Notes: generated from the sequence alone by a model not told the origin. A DNA stretch of 64,000 nt from Alphaproteobacteria bacterium (GCA_964291415.2 OZ219918.1:736001-800000), one strand, 5' to 3'; positions 21,178-30,312 are shown, counted from the first letter of the stretch. Numbers and translations: made by a program.

Positions 21178-21235
21178 GATGTCGCGATCGGTCGGACGTG
21201 GAATCTTGCCGTGGCCGGCGCTATAGAGAACTCCC

Positions 21236-21646
21236 ATGCGACACGACAATGACGATATCGATGAACTGCTCGCCTCCAGGGGATTGCGGCTGACGCGTCA
21301 GAGACGTCAGCTCGCCGGCCTCCTCTTCAGGGGCGGCGACCGCCACGTGACAGCGGAAATGCTCGCGCGGGAAGCGAAGCTGGGCGGTATCAGAGTGTCT
21401 CTCGCAACGGTCTACAACACGCTGCACCAGTTCACCCGGGCGGGTCTGCTGCGCCGGATCAGTGTTGACTCCGCCAGGACCTGGTTCGATACGAATACGA
21501 CCGTCCATCACCATTTCTTCAATACCAGTAGTCTGGAGCTCACCGACATTCCGCAGGACCGTGTCAGCGTCAACGTGCAGCCGGCACCACCGGACGGCAC
21601 CGCCATCGATCACGTCGACGTGGTGATCCGGGTGACGCCACAGTGA
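21236..21646 (+). CDS. irr: Fur family iron response regulator (Irr-like)
   Basis: GLRLTRQR, RH.TAE.L, VSLATVYNTLHQFT.AGLLR, FDTN...HHHF. Confidence 0.85.
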   Translation: MRHDNDDIDELLASRGLRLTRQRRQLAGLLFRGGDRHVTAEMLAREAKLGGIRVSLATVYNTLHQFTRAGLLRRISVDSARTWFDTNTTVHHHFFNTSSLELTDIPQDRVSVNVQPAPPDGTAIDHVDVVIRVTPQ

Positions 21647-21653
21647 CTGCCGC

Positions 21654-21681
21654 TTGACAGATTGGAATGATTCCAGATAAC
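21654..21681 (+). promoter_or_regulatory. Sigma70 promoter (TTGACA -35) with an ICE/Irr-box-like palindrome in the spacer
   Basis: TTGACA 21654-21659; ATTGGAA-TGA-TTCCAGA 21661-21677 resembles ICE TTTAGAA-N3-TTCTAAA; lies upstream of rubrerythrin. Confidence 0.75.
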
Positions 21682-21762
21682 GTCCAGCCGGAGCGGTCGG
21701 ACCGCTCCTTTCACCAGCACCCCGAGGGCCCCTGAGGGCCGCATAATCCTGAGGAGAAGAGC

Positions 21763-22182
21763 ATGTCACTTGGTGGCACCAGGACCGAACAGAATCTGAA
21801 AGACGCCTTTGCCGGCGAGAGCCAGGCGAACCGCCGCTACCTCTACTTTGCCCAGAAGGCAGATATCGAGGGCTACAACGACGTAGCTGCCGTTTTCCGT
21901 TCGACGGCGGAAGGCGAGACCGGACACGCCCATGGCCATCTCGAGTTCCTCGAGGAGACCGGTGATCCGGCAACCGGCGAGCCGATCGGGTCCACGGACC
22001 GGAATCTCAAGGCAGCGATTGCCGGAGAGACCCACGAGTACACGGACATGTATCCAGGCATGGCCAGGGCAGCCCGCGACGAAGGATTTGACGAGATTGC
22101 GGACTGGTTCGAGACCCTCGCCAAGGCCGAGAAGAGTCACGCCGGGCGTTTCCAGAAGGCGCTTGATACGCTCGACGACTGA
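21763..22182 (+). CDS. Short rubrerythrin (no rubredoxin domain)
   Basis: [44 protein letters not shown]. Confidence 0.95.
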   Translation: MSLGGTRTEQNLKDAFAGESQANRRYLYFAQKADIEGYNDVAAVFRSTAEGETGHAHGHLEFLEETGDPATGEPIGSTDRNLKAAIAGETHEYTDMYPGMARAARDEGFDEIADWFETLAKAEKSHAGRFQKALDTLDD

Positions 22183-22196
22183 TCCGGAGCCGGGAC

Positions 22197-22251
22197 GGGG
22201 GCTTGCCTGCGGCAGCCGCCGTCCCTGTCTTCCCGCCGCAGGCAAGCCTTT
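22197..22251 (+). terminator. Strong intergenic hairpin (terminator or mRNA stabiliser)
   Basis: Perfect 14-bp stem GGCTTGCCTGCGGC (22200-22213)/GCCGCAGGCAAGCC (22235-22248) followed by TTT. Confidence 0.65.
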
Positions 22252-22269
22252 CCTGTGCGGATTGTGACC

Positions 22270-23634
22270 ATGCGAGAAGGCAGTCTCGACGCCCCGACAC
22301 GCCATGTCGTCGACTGGCGCAATCCCGAATTCGTCGATGCCGGGAAGATTGATGCCGAGTTGCGGCGCGTCTTCGACATCTGTCACGGATGTCGGCGGTG
22401 CTTCAACCTGTGCGATACCTTTCCCCGCCTGTTCGATCTCATCGACGACTCGGCAACCGGCGAACTCGATTCCGTCGACAGCGCGGATTTCCGATCTGTT
22501 ACCGATGCCTGCACGTTCTGCGACATGTGCTTCATGACCAAGTGTCCCTACGTGCCGCCCCACGAATTCGATCTCGACTTTCCCCACCTCATGCTTCGCG
22601 TCAGGGCGGCCGAGTTTCGCCGTAGCGAACGCAGCTTCATGGATCGACGGATCGCCGATACCGACACCAACGGCCGGTTGGGAACGACGTTCTCGCCCCT
22701 GGCCAACTGGGCGCTCGACAGGAAGAACCGTCTGACCCGCCCCCTGATGCAGGCGGCCTGCGGGATCCACGCCGAGGCCGAACTCCCCCGATTCAATGCG
22801 GCAAGCCTGGTGTCCGTTGCCGCCCGGGAGCCCCTCGACGTCAACCGCGAAGCCCCGGCCTATCCCCGCAAGGCGGTCATCTACGCCACCTGTTTCTCGA
22901 ACTGGAACGATGCCGGGATCGGGGACGCATTCCGGCGTATCCTGGCCCACAACGGCATCGAGACAAGGGTGGTGCATCCGGGCTGTTGCGGCATGCCGAA
23001 GCTGGAACTCGGTGATTTGGCGGATGTGGCACAGCGCGCCCGGACGGTGTCCGGGGAACTGCTGCGCTGGCACGACGACGGCTGGGACATCGTGTCCCTC
23101 GTGCCGTCGTGTTCACTGATGATGAAGTTCGAATGGCCGTTGATCGTTCCCGACGACGGTTCGGTCACGCGCCTGGCATCCGTGGTTCACGATGCCAGCG
23201 AGTACGTTGTCCAGATTGCCCGCTCGGAGGGCCTCGCCGGCGACCTCGAACCGATCGACGGACCCGTGACCCTGCATGTCGCCTGTCACGCGCGGGCCCA
23301 GAACATGGGAGCGAAGGCGGCTGAGATGCTGCGTCTGATTCCCGATACGAAGGTCAACGTCATCGAGAGGTGTTCCGGGCACGGCGGATCCTGGGGGGTG
23401 CGGACTGCCACCTTCGAAACAGGCATGAAGGTCGGCAAGGCCGTCATGCGCAACGTTGCCAGGCACGATCCCGAGGGCGCCGGCGTCGTCGCTTCGGAAT
23501 GCCCGTTGGCAGGCCTCCACATTGGCCAGGGAGTCGCGCGCTTGGAAGGACGCGAGACGCCGGCTCTGAAGGCATGTCATCCGATCCAGCTGATGGCTCG
23601 TTCCTGGGGCCTTGAAGAGAGGGGTCCGGGATGA
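22270..23634 (+). CDS. Rubrerythrin-associated Fe-S oxidoreductase (GlpC/CCG-domain family)
   Basis: CHGCRRCFNLC, CTFCDMC...KCPY, CCGMP, H.ACH.RAQ, RCSGHGG, SECPLA. Confidence 0.93.
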   Translation: MREGSLDAPTRHVVDWRNPEFVDAGKIDAELRRVFDICHGCRRCFNLCDTFPRLFDLIDDSATGELDSVDSADFRSVTDACTFCDMCFMTKCPYVPPHEFDLDFPHLMLRVRAAEFRRSERSFMDRRIADTDTNGRLGTTFSPLANWALDRKNRLTRPLMQAACGIHAEAELPRFNAASLVSVAAREPLDVNREAPAYPRKAVIYATCFSNWNDAGIGDAFRRILAHNGIETRVVHPGCCGMPKLELGDLADVAQRARTVSGELLRWHDDGWDIVSLVPSCSLMMKFEWPLIVPDDGSVTRLASVVHDASEYVVQIARSEGLAGDLEPIDGPVTLHVACHARAQNMGAKAAEMLRLIPDTKVNVIERCSGHGGSWGVRTATFETGMKVGKAVMRNVARHDPEGAGVVASECPLAGLHIGQGVARLEGRETPALKACHPIQLMARSWGLEERGPG

Positions 23635-24209
23635 AGATTCACCGTGATGACATCATCGCGCCTGAAGAGTACGCACGGATGCGTGGGGAACACCGTGCCC
23701 GCATCCGCGAAGTCAAGCGGCACCGGCGCGTCGAAGTCGGTCCCTTCATCACCTTCTTTTTCGAGAACCGCCAGACGATGTGGCACCAGATCCATGAGAT
23801 GCTGCACATCGAGAAGGGTGGTGAAGAACAGATCGCCGACGAACTCGACGCCTACAACCCCCTGGTTCCCGAAGGCCGCGATCTGCGCGTGACGATGATG
23901 ATCGAGATCGACGACCCGATACGGCGCAATACAATGCTGCGCCGTCTGGGATGGATCGACGAAACAGTGTCCTTCCTGGTCGGTGACCGGTCGATTGTCG
24001 CAGAACCGCTTCAGGACACCGAACGCAACACGTCTGACGGCAAGACGAGCAGCATCCACTTCCTGGTGTTCCGCTTCGATGACGAAACCGTCGCCATGTT
24101 CCGTGATCCCGGGGTGCGCGTGGCCCTGGAGGTCGGCCACGAGAACTATGGCCACCAGGCAGTCCTGACGCCGCAGACGCGCGAATCCCTTGCCGGCGAC
24201 TTTTCCTGA
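23631..24209 (+). CDS. DUF3501 family protein
   Basis: FFEN..T...QI.EML.IE, EL.AYNPLVP, GKTSS.HF; third gene of the rubrerythrin-FeS-DUF3501 cluster. Confidence 0.88.
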   Translation: MKIHRDDIIAPEEYARMRGEHRARIREVKRHRRVEVGPFITFFFENRQTMWHQIHEMLHIEKGGEEQIADELDAYNPLVPEGRDLRVTMMIEIDDPIRRNTMLRRLGWIDETVSFLVGDRSIVAEPLQDTERNTSDGKTSSIHFLVFRFDDETVAMFRDPGVRVALEVGHENYGHQAVLTPQTRESLAGDFS

Positions 24210-24224
24210 ATTGGCCGGGGGCGT

Positions 24225-25016
24225 TCAGCGAGTCCGCTTGAGCGCCGTCTGGGTGAAGTCGTTGAGATCGAGGTCGGTTCCGAACGTGTAGTCCGTCCAG
24301 TTGAGATCGGTACTCTTCCCGGTGAGATGATTCGTCATCGACAGTTGTCTGGCACGCCAGAAGCGGTCGAGGTAGAGGTTGTAGTCATCGACCACCAGAG
24401 TCTTGAGAAGGGATTCCCTGCGGTCGTAGTACTCGATCCTGACGGTGAGCAGTTCGACCGTGTCGATCCACATCACCTGGCGCGAGTAACCGGAGTCCTC
24501 GAGGGTCGGGAAGCGTTCAATCATGTGGCATGTCAGATCGCCACAGGGTTCCTCACCGAGATGCCGGTAGGTGTATCGTTCGATCTCCGAGGCCCCCATG
24601 TCCTCGTATGAGAATTCGCTTCCCATGAATGAACCCGACTGGTTCGACGAACTGATGCGCTTGACCCTCTCGAGGGCCGGGAGATAGAGCCACTGGTCGT
24701 CCGCCTCGTCCTTGTGGGCGTGGACGAGGAAGGCTGTTCCCTTGACATCGCGCGGCCGGTCGAAAACGAAAATGGTGCGGTCTCCATCGTTCTCGACCTC
24801 GATGACCTTGATGCGGACCTCCCGCGTACTTTCCTCCCCGCGCTTGTTGCGCAGGATCATGCCCATGTTCGCCGTGAAGTTTCCGAATCCCTTCTGGCGT
24901 TCGCGGGCCTCCGTGGCAATACGCAACCCGGCTTCCTCGGGCGTTTCGGCATCGACACGGGACAGTCCCGGAATCCAGGCGGCGGCAAAGGCAACGAGGA
25001 CGAGAATCATGCGCAT
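24225..25016 (-). CDS. Outer membrane lipoprotein-sorting protein (LolA-like)
   Basis: Signal peptide MRMILVLVAFAAA; F..P.DVKGTAFL, DDQWLYLPAL.RVKRI, GSFMGSEFSYED. Confidence 0.9.
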   Translation of the reverse strand: MRMILVLVAFAAAWIPGLSRVDAETPEEAGLRIATEARERQKGFGNFTANMGMILRNKRGEESTREVRIKVIEVENDGDRTIFVFDRPRDVKGTAFLVHAHKDEADDQWLYLPALERVKRISSSNQSGSFMGSEFSYEDMGASEIERYTYRHLGEEPCGDLTCHMIERFPTLEDSGYSRQVMWIDTVELLTVRIEYYDRRESLLKTLVVDDYNLYLDRFWRARQLSMTNHLTGKSTDLNWTDYTFGTDLDLNDFTQTALKRTR

Positions 25017-25462
25017 GGTGGGTTCCTCACTTTCCGTTTCCGGAGCCTGCAGTCCAGGTCGAGTCCGACGAGACGGGAAGGCCGGCGGTCCGTGCATGCG
25101 CGACAACGCTGCCGGACGGCGTCAGGAACCCCTCACTGCCATCGCACAAGCCTGAGGCCATCGAACGCTCCATTCCGTAGAACCATGCCGATCATAGCCC
25201 CAAGACAGTCAAACAAACAGGTGAACGAGAGCCAGACGGGCTTGACCCCTTGACATGACATGCGTTGCCAAACGACCGCATGGCGCCGGCAGCCCAGGCT
25301 CAACAGCCGGCACAGATCCGCACGGATTCGCAGCGCAAGGCACCGTTTGGCACGACACCAGGCTGTTCGGAGCCCGGATCCACAGCGCGCACAGACCGAA
25401 TTCGCGGCCTCCGGATCAACGTCCTCCAGTCGGACCGTTCCATCGAGCGGTCCGCAACCCGA

Positions 25463-26491
25463 TCACAGTCGCTGACTGTCCTGGGTTTCGCGTCCGACAG
25501 GGTTGGCTGGTTCGTGATGGAGGGCGAGACGTTGGCACATTGTTGCCAACCTCTTGCGGAGGCGGACGGGCTTCTCGACGATGACGCTGTCGCCCCAGGT
25601 GACGAGGTGCCAGCACATCTCGTCGATGCCGCCCGCCTTGAACTGCACCGTGACCGAACCATCGCCGTTCTCCTCGACCGCCTGGTCCGGGTGAAACAGG
25701 AAGGCTGCAGCATCCCGCGCCGCCCGGGGCAGGAAGCGCAGGACGACCTTGACGGGCCTTTCCTGGAACGTGCCAAAGGAACGCCTGGCGTAGGCCCTCA
25801 AGTCGAACGCCGGATCGCGCTCGAACCGCTCGTCGGCGAGCCGGGCGTCGCTCACGTTCGTGAGACGCCACAGACGCAACTCGCCGGCCCAGTCGGTACG
25901 TCCTACCAGGAAGGCCCGATTGCCGTGGAGCAGGCCATAGGGCTGCACACGTTGGCGGCTTTGCCGTCCCGTCGACTGGGCGATGTAGTGGAATTCCACC
26001 ACACGGCTGGTCACGACGGCCTCGCGCAGGAGCGAGAGAAGGCCGGCGTCGAGGCGTGGTCGGGGCCCAGGACGCATGGCCAGCCCTTCGGCGAGGACCA
26101 GCGCCTCGACGTCCGCCTCAATTCTGTCAAGCGTATGCTGTTGCATCGCGGCACGCAGCTTGCAGGCGATCTCCCGCATCGTCTCAGCCCTTCCGTCGAG
26201 GCCAGCGCGCTCCAGGGCGTCGGCGGCTCCTGCCAGTTCCGCCAGCTCCTCTGCCGAGATGGAGACGAGGCGGCGCAGGGCATCCGAGCGCAATCGCCAG
26301 TGTTTCCTCTTGTCGTCCCGTGGCACGGTTTCCAGAGCTCCGAAGGCCGCTTCGACAGCATCCCGCATGCGCTCTGCCGTCTTCCGGCTGACTTTGAAGT
26401 CATCCTGGATGCCGTCCAGCGTCATGCCGCTGCGCGAGCCCTGCATGCGTATTGCCAGATCGATGATGTCCGTCAGTCGTTCATACCGCAT
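25463..26491 (-). CDS. HTH-WYL-WCX transcriptional regulator, DriD-like
   Basis: wHTH GMTLD.I...FKVSRKTAERMRDAV; DVEALV.AE...GPRP; WYL core R.V.PYGL......FLV; C-terminal DGSV.V.F.AGG..EM.WHL.TWGD recalls Caulobacter DriD. Confidence 0.9.
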   Translation of the reverse strand: MRYERLTDIIDLAIRMQGSRSGMTLDGIQDDFKVSRKTAERMRDAVEAAFGALETVPRDDKRKHWRLRSDALRRLVSISAEELAELAGAADALERAGLDGRAETMREIACKLRAAMQQHTLDRIEADVEALVLAEGLAMRPGPRPRLDAGLLSLLREAVVTSRVVEFHYIAQSTGRQSRQRVQPYGLLHGNRAFLVGRTDWAGELRLWRLTNVSDARLADERFERDPAFDLRAYARRSFGTFQERPVKVVLRFLPRAARDAAAFLFHPDQAVEENGDGSVTVQFKAGGIDEMCWHLVTWGDSVIVEKPVRLRKRLATMCQRLALHHEPANPVGRETQDSQRL

Positions 26492-26563
26492 CGGGATGTT
26501 CCTCGCTGTCCCCGGAGGTTCACTGGCCGGCCACCATGGCGCGACCGATGGGGCGCGACAACC

Positions 26564-28633
26564 TCATCTCAGGAAGCCGATGGTCCGGGGGCGGTGGGGC
26601 TTGGCGGCACACTCGGCACGGAGCATCGCGGCGAGTGCATCCGGTTCCGTGAGGCGTCCCAGAAGGCCAGCCTTACGGCGAACCACCGCAAAGTCGCCAG
26701 GAGTGAGGGCTGTCAGGTCCGAAAAATTCTCCGGCGGAGCGAGTCCGAACAAGGTGTGGAACGCCATGCAAACCTGGGCGGGCGTGAGATAGTCGAGGGA
26801 GACCTTGAAGACGAAACGCCGCAGGGTCGCCGGGTCGAGGTGTTCGCCGAAGTTGGTCGTGCAGGCGAAGGGCAGGGGATGGCTCTCCATCCAGGTCAGC
26901 ATCTCGTTGACCTGGCTGACTTCCCAGTTCCTGTTGGCGAAACGCCGGTCGGCGAGCAGCGAGTCGGCCTCGTCGAACACCAGGAACGCCCCGTCGTCGC
27001 GCGCCTCCGCAAATGCGTCGGCGATCTGCTGCTCCGTCTCTCCGACCCACATCGACATCAGGTCCGAGGCCCGCTTCTGCATCACCTCGAGGCCGAGGCG
27101 TTCGGCAAGGTAGCGGACAAATGCGCTCTTGCCCGTGCCCGGCGGTCCCTGAAGACACAGCGAGAACCGTCGTTCTCCGGACTTGACGAGACGGTCGGCG
27201 AGTTCGCGGGGGTCGGTGTCGGCCTTCAACAGCGCCAGGTCGAAGCGTTCCGGCGTCACCGGAGGGGGAGCATGGCGCCCCATGACGCGGGACAGGCTGC
27301 GTACGCCCAGGCGCACCGTGGCGAGATCGCCGGCACCGAGACGCGCCGCGGCGACGGCACCGGCTGCGACGCCGGGCGTGGCGTCGAACTCACATGCCAG
27401 AGCGCGAGCGTCCCCGGGGCCCGCCGGGATGCGGTAACGCTCGAGTTGACGGGTCCAGATCCTCGTGCGCACCCGGACCGTCGGCGCGCGCATCTCGAAG
27501 GCAAACATCATGCGCCGGAGAACGGCGGGGCTGACGTGTTCCGTGTCGTTCGTGGTCCACAGCGTCGGCGTCGGAGCCTGTTCAAGCAGCCGATGCATGA
27601 ACACCCTTGAGGCCGCTCCGCGCGAACCCGCACGCCGGCGCGGGAGGAAGCCGAGGTCCGGAGCGGCGTTGCCAAGCAGATCCTCCATCTCGTCGAACAT
27701 GAGAAGTGCGCGGTGCTCGCCGGCGAGCAGGCGCTGGACGAGGCGCAACTCCTGGAGCCTCTCGCTCCGGGAGGGTTCGTCGCCACTCTCATCCGATTCC
27801 CCGACGCCGTAGAGCTTTACGCCGAGCCGCTCGGCCAGAACCTTGCAGAACTCGGTCTTGCCGGTTCCCGGCGGTCCGTACAAGAGGATGTTGACGCCCG
27901 GCGCGCGGGTATCGAGCGCGCCCTTGATCAGCGTCTCGACGTGGTCTCGGTCGCCGGCGACATGGTCGAAGTCGGTCCAGTCGAGATCGCTCGCGAGCGC
28001 AGGATCGAGCAGCAGGCTGGCGACATCGCGATCCGAATCGCCCTGCGCGTAGACGAGTTGTCTCAGCCGTTTCAGCATCATCACTTCGCCGTCGTCGCGG
28101 TCGATGGAGACGAGTCCCGACCGGACGAGAGGGGCGTCGGCCTCGAGCCGTCTCGCGATCGCGTTGGGCGAGCGGCCGAGAAGCACTGGCAGGATCCGCC
28201 CTCCGAGGGAGAAGACGGGTCCGCTGTCCAAGGAACCCTCGAAGATGTCGTCGATCATCGACTCGAACACCGGCCGGGTCCAGTAACGCAACAGGACTTC
28301 CAGGATGGCGACGTCGGTGGGCGAAAGGCCGGCCGAGTGCCCGAGACGCCGGAGGCGTCGCGCGACCCGGTCCGGTCTCACCCTGCGGTTCGCGCATTCC
28401 TCGCGCAGGGTGGCGCCGAGATTGCGGAATCGCCGGGCGGTCAACTCGTCGTCACAGTCGAACTCCCGGCGGCGTCTGCGTGAGCGCCGGCTCTCGCGTC
28501 CACGCGCGATAAGGCTCTCCCTGTCGGTCACCCACATGGCCAGCGCCGTCGCCTCTGGATCCCGATGGGAGAGACGCGATGCGGCGTTCGCCAGGTAAAG
28601 CGCCAGCAGGCGATGTTCGTAAGCGGTCAGCAT
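26564..28633 (-). CDS. Tandem (double) AAA+ ATPase with an unknown N-terminal domain
   Basis: Walker A GPPGTGKT / Walker B LLMFDEMED; second module GPPGTGKS / FLVFDEADS; SRH TTN...LDPA.LRRF; ends RTIGFLR; GGAGG RBS. Confidence 0.93.
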   Translation of the reverse strand: MLTAYEHRLLALYLANAASRLSHRDPEATALAMWVTDRESLIARGRESRRSRRRRREFDCDDELTARRFRNLGATLREECANRRVRPDRVARRLRRLGHSAGLSPTDVAILEVLLRYWTRPVFESMIDDIFEGSLDSGPVFSLGGRILPVLLGRSPNAIARRLEADAPLVRSGLVSIDRDDGEVMMLKRLRQLVYAQGDSDRDVASLLLDPALASDLDWTDFDHVAGDRDHVETLIKGALDTRAPGVNILLYGPPGTGKTEFCKVLAERLGVKLYGVGESDESGDEPSRSERLQELRLVQRLLAGEHRALLMFDEMEDLLGNAAPDLGFLPRRRAGSRGAASRVFMHRLLEQAPTPTLWTTNDTEHVSPAVLRRMMFAFEMRAPTVRVRTRIWTRQLERYRIPAGPGDARALACEFDATPGVAAGAVAAARLGAGDLATVRLGVRSLSRVMGRHAPPPVTPERFDLALLKADTDPRELADRLVKSGERRFSLCLQGPPGTGKSAFVRYLAERLGLEVMQKRASDLMSMWVGETEQQIADAFAEARDDGAFLVFDEADSLLADRRFANRNWEVSQVNEMLTWMESHPLPFACTTNFGEHLDPATLRRFVFKVSLDYLTPAQVCMAFHTLFGLAPPENFSDLTALTPGDFAVVRRKAGLLGRLTEPDALAAMLRAECAAKPHRPRTIGFLR

Positions 28634-28664
28634 GGCGTTCCCTCCGTTCCGTCAAGTCGGAGGA

Positions 28665-28699
28665 AATGTAACCGGCCACGACGTCATATCCGGTCGTAT
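28665..28699 (-). promoter_or_regulatory. Putative WYL-activator (DriD-like) box plus -10 element for the AAA-WYL operon
   Basis: Minus strand ATACGAC-CGGATAT-GACGTCG; TGACGT-N10-TACATT geometry; -10 ends 31 nt before the ATG. Confidence 0.65.
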
Positions 28700-29092
28700 T
28701 GGGGGAGTCTTTCTTCGACGTGGACGAGACCGGTCCGCTCTGTGCGGCAAGCGGTCAGGGGCAGTCACTCGCTTGATCGACGAACCTCTCCAGAATGTCG
28801 AGAAACTCCGGATCATCATGAACATCGCGGGCAACAACACCGACGTGCCGCCCAGCCCTCAAGCTCCCGTCGCGTCATCGCAGCTTCATCCTGGCAGGAT
28901 CCGGTTCAGTATCCCCGGACCGGTTTGGTGACATTGACACGTGGCTCGCCACGCATGAATCGGCCGGGATTGTCCAGAAAGACCCTGACGGCGGCGGTCG
29001 GACGTCTACGCAAGCATGGAATGACATCTGGAATCCGGTCTTCGGTTGTCCCAATCTTCAGGACAGCCGTTGTTCCATTGGGAGAATCGATC

Positions 29093-29518
29093 ATGGACGG
29101 GTCAGCCTACGCCGGTGACGTCATGCCTGCTGATGCCTTCGCCGCCCTCGAAAATGACGAGGACGCCGTTCTCATTGACGTGCGCACGGAAGCTGAATGG
29201 CGCTTTGTCGGGGTGCCGGACCTCTCGGGCCTGGGCAAGAGAACGAGATTCGTCGAGTGGCAGCTCTATCCCGACGGCCGGCCCAATCCGGCGTTCGCGA
29301 GACAGTGCGGGGAACAGGGTCTCGAGAAGGGGAGGGCGGTCTACTTCCTGTGCCGCTCCGGCGTACGCTCCATGCATGCAGCGATCGCCATGACATCGCT
29401 GGGCTACGGTCCCTGCTACAACGTGGCGGAGGGATTCGAAGGCGACAAGGATGCATCGATGCAGCGGGGCCGGCTTGGCGGCTGGAAGGTCCGCGGTTTG
29501 CCCTGGCGTCAGGAATAG
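29093..29518 (+). CDS. Rhodanese-like sulfurtransferase
   Basis: YAGDV.P..A, LIDVRTEAEW.FVGVP, FLCRSG.RS, YNV.EGFEG, GW...GLPW.Q. Confidence 0.93.
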   Translation: MDGSAYAGDVMPADAFAALENDEDAVLIDVRTEAEWRFVGVPDLSGLGKRTRFVEWQLYPDGRPNPAFARQCGEQGLEKGRAVYFLCRSGVRSMHAAIAMTSLGYGPCYNVAEGFEGDKDASMQRGRLGGWKVRGLPWRQE

Positions 29519-30253
29519 GCCGGAAATCGGGACAATCCTGACCAATTCGGTGCGTGCAACCCTCGCTCGCCTCGTATGGAAGGCAAGACGGGCTCCGCCT
29601 TCGGGGTAACCACATCACCCACATGTCGCTCAGACATGTTCGATGACCCGGTTCCGTTCAACTGTCGGTTTCGACTGCATGATGAGCGCACACGAAGCCA
29701 GCGCCCGCTCCCGTGAGAGGAACTGACCGCCCTGCAACATCGAGAAGAAGGGCGGCAACGGTCACTGCGTCACGATGGCCGTCGCCTGCTTCGGTGACAG
29801 CGATCTTGAGATCGTCCACCGTCACGGAGTCCGGACCGACATCCGGGGAAGGCGACAAGGCGCGCACCCGCCTGCATCGCGCATCGAAGCCCCAGGCGCG
29901 CCTTCCGGCCCATGGTTCCAGAGCCAGCCCGGAGAACGGTCTGCGTCACATCGACTTCGTGCCCGATGCGCTGAAGCCGCGAGCGATCAAGATCTCTACG
30001 GGCCAGAGCCCGCGCCAGTTCAGGGTTTCCAGCAAAGCGGCAGGCTTGAATCAGGGAGGGTGCCGGACCTCTCTTCGATTCTGCCTGTTGGCGGAGCGCC
30101 AGTCGGGCGAGAGTGTCCTGGCGGCTCCGGCGGCGGTTGGCCGATGACCAGGGCACAAATCGCGTGCGCGTCAAGACGGCACCATCATCCTCTTCGTCGG
30201 TGCCGGCGGCACCCGACATCGGAGTATGGAAACGACCGCGTCGGGACCGGTCC

Positions 30254-30294
30254 CGGAGGGCGGCGGCAAGTCCGGATCCTGCCGCCACCCTCCG
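30254..30294 (-). terminator. Hairpin downstream of the ABC solute-binding gene
   Basis: CGGAGGGCGGCGGCA/TGCCGCCACCCTCCG, 14 of 15 complementary, 18 nt past the stop. Confidence 0.5.
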
Positions 30295-30312
30295 TGGATC
30301 GCTGATCGCGTG

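Noticed and set aside
25463-28633. Assignment to a named defence system (BREX/BrxR, CBASS/CapW, IetAS)
   Set aside because: None of the required partner genes (pglX/pglZ, cyclase, S8 protease) is present
28755-28870. Coding-like minus-strand peptide GRHVGVVARDVHDDPEFLDILERFVDQA upstream of the ATPase promoter
   Set aside because: No convincing start or RBS and no recognisable family; cannot be supported as a third gene of the module
30170-30225. QDGTIILFVGAGGTRH resembling a RelE/HigB toxin fragment
   Set aside because: Too short and too weak to support
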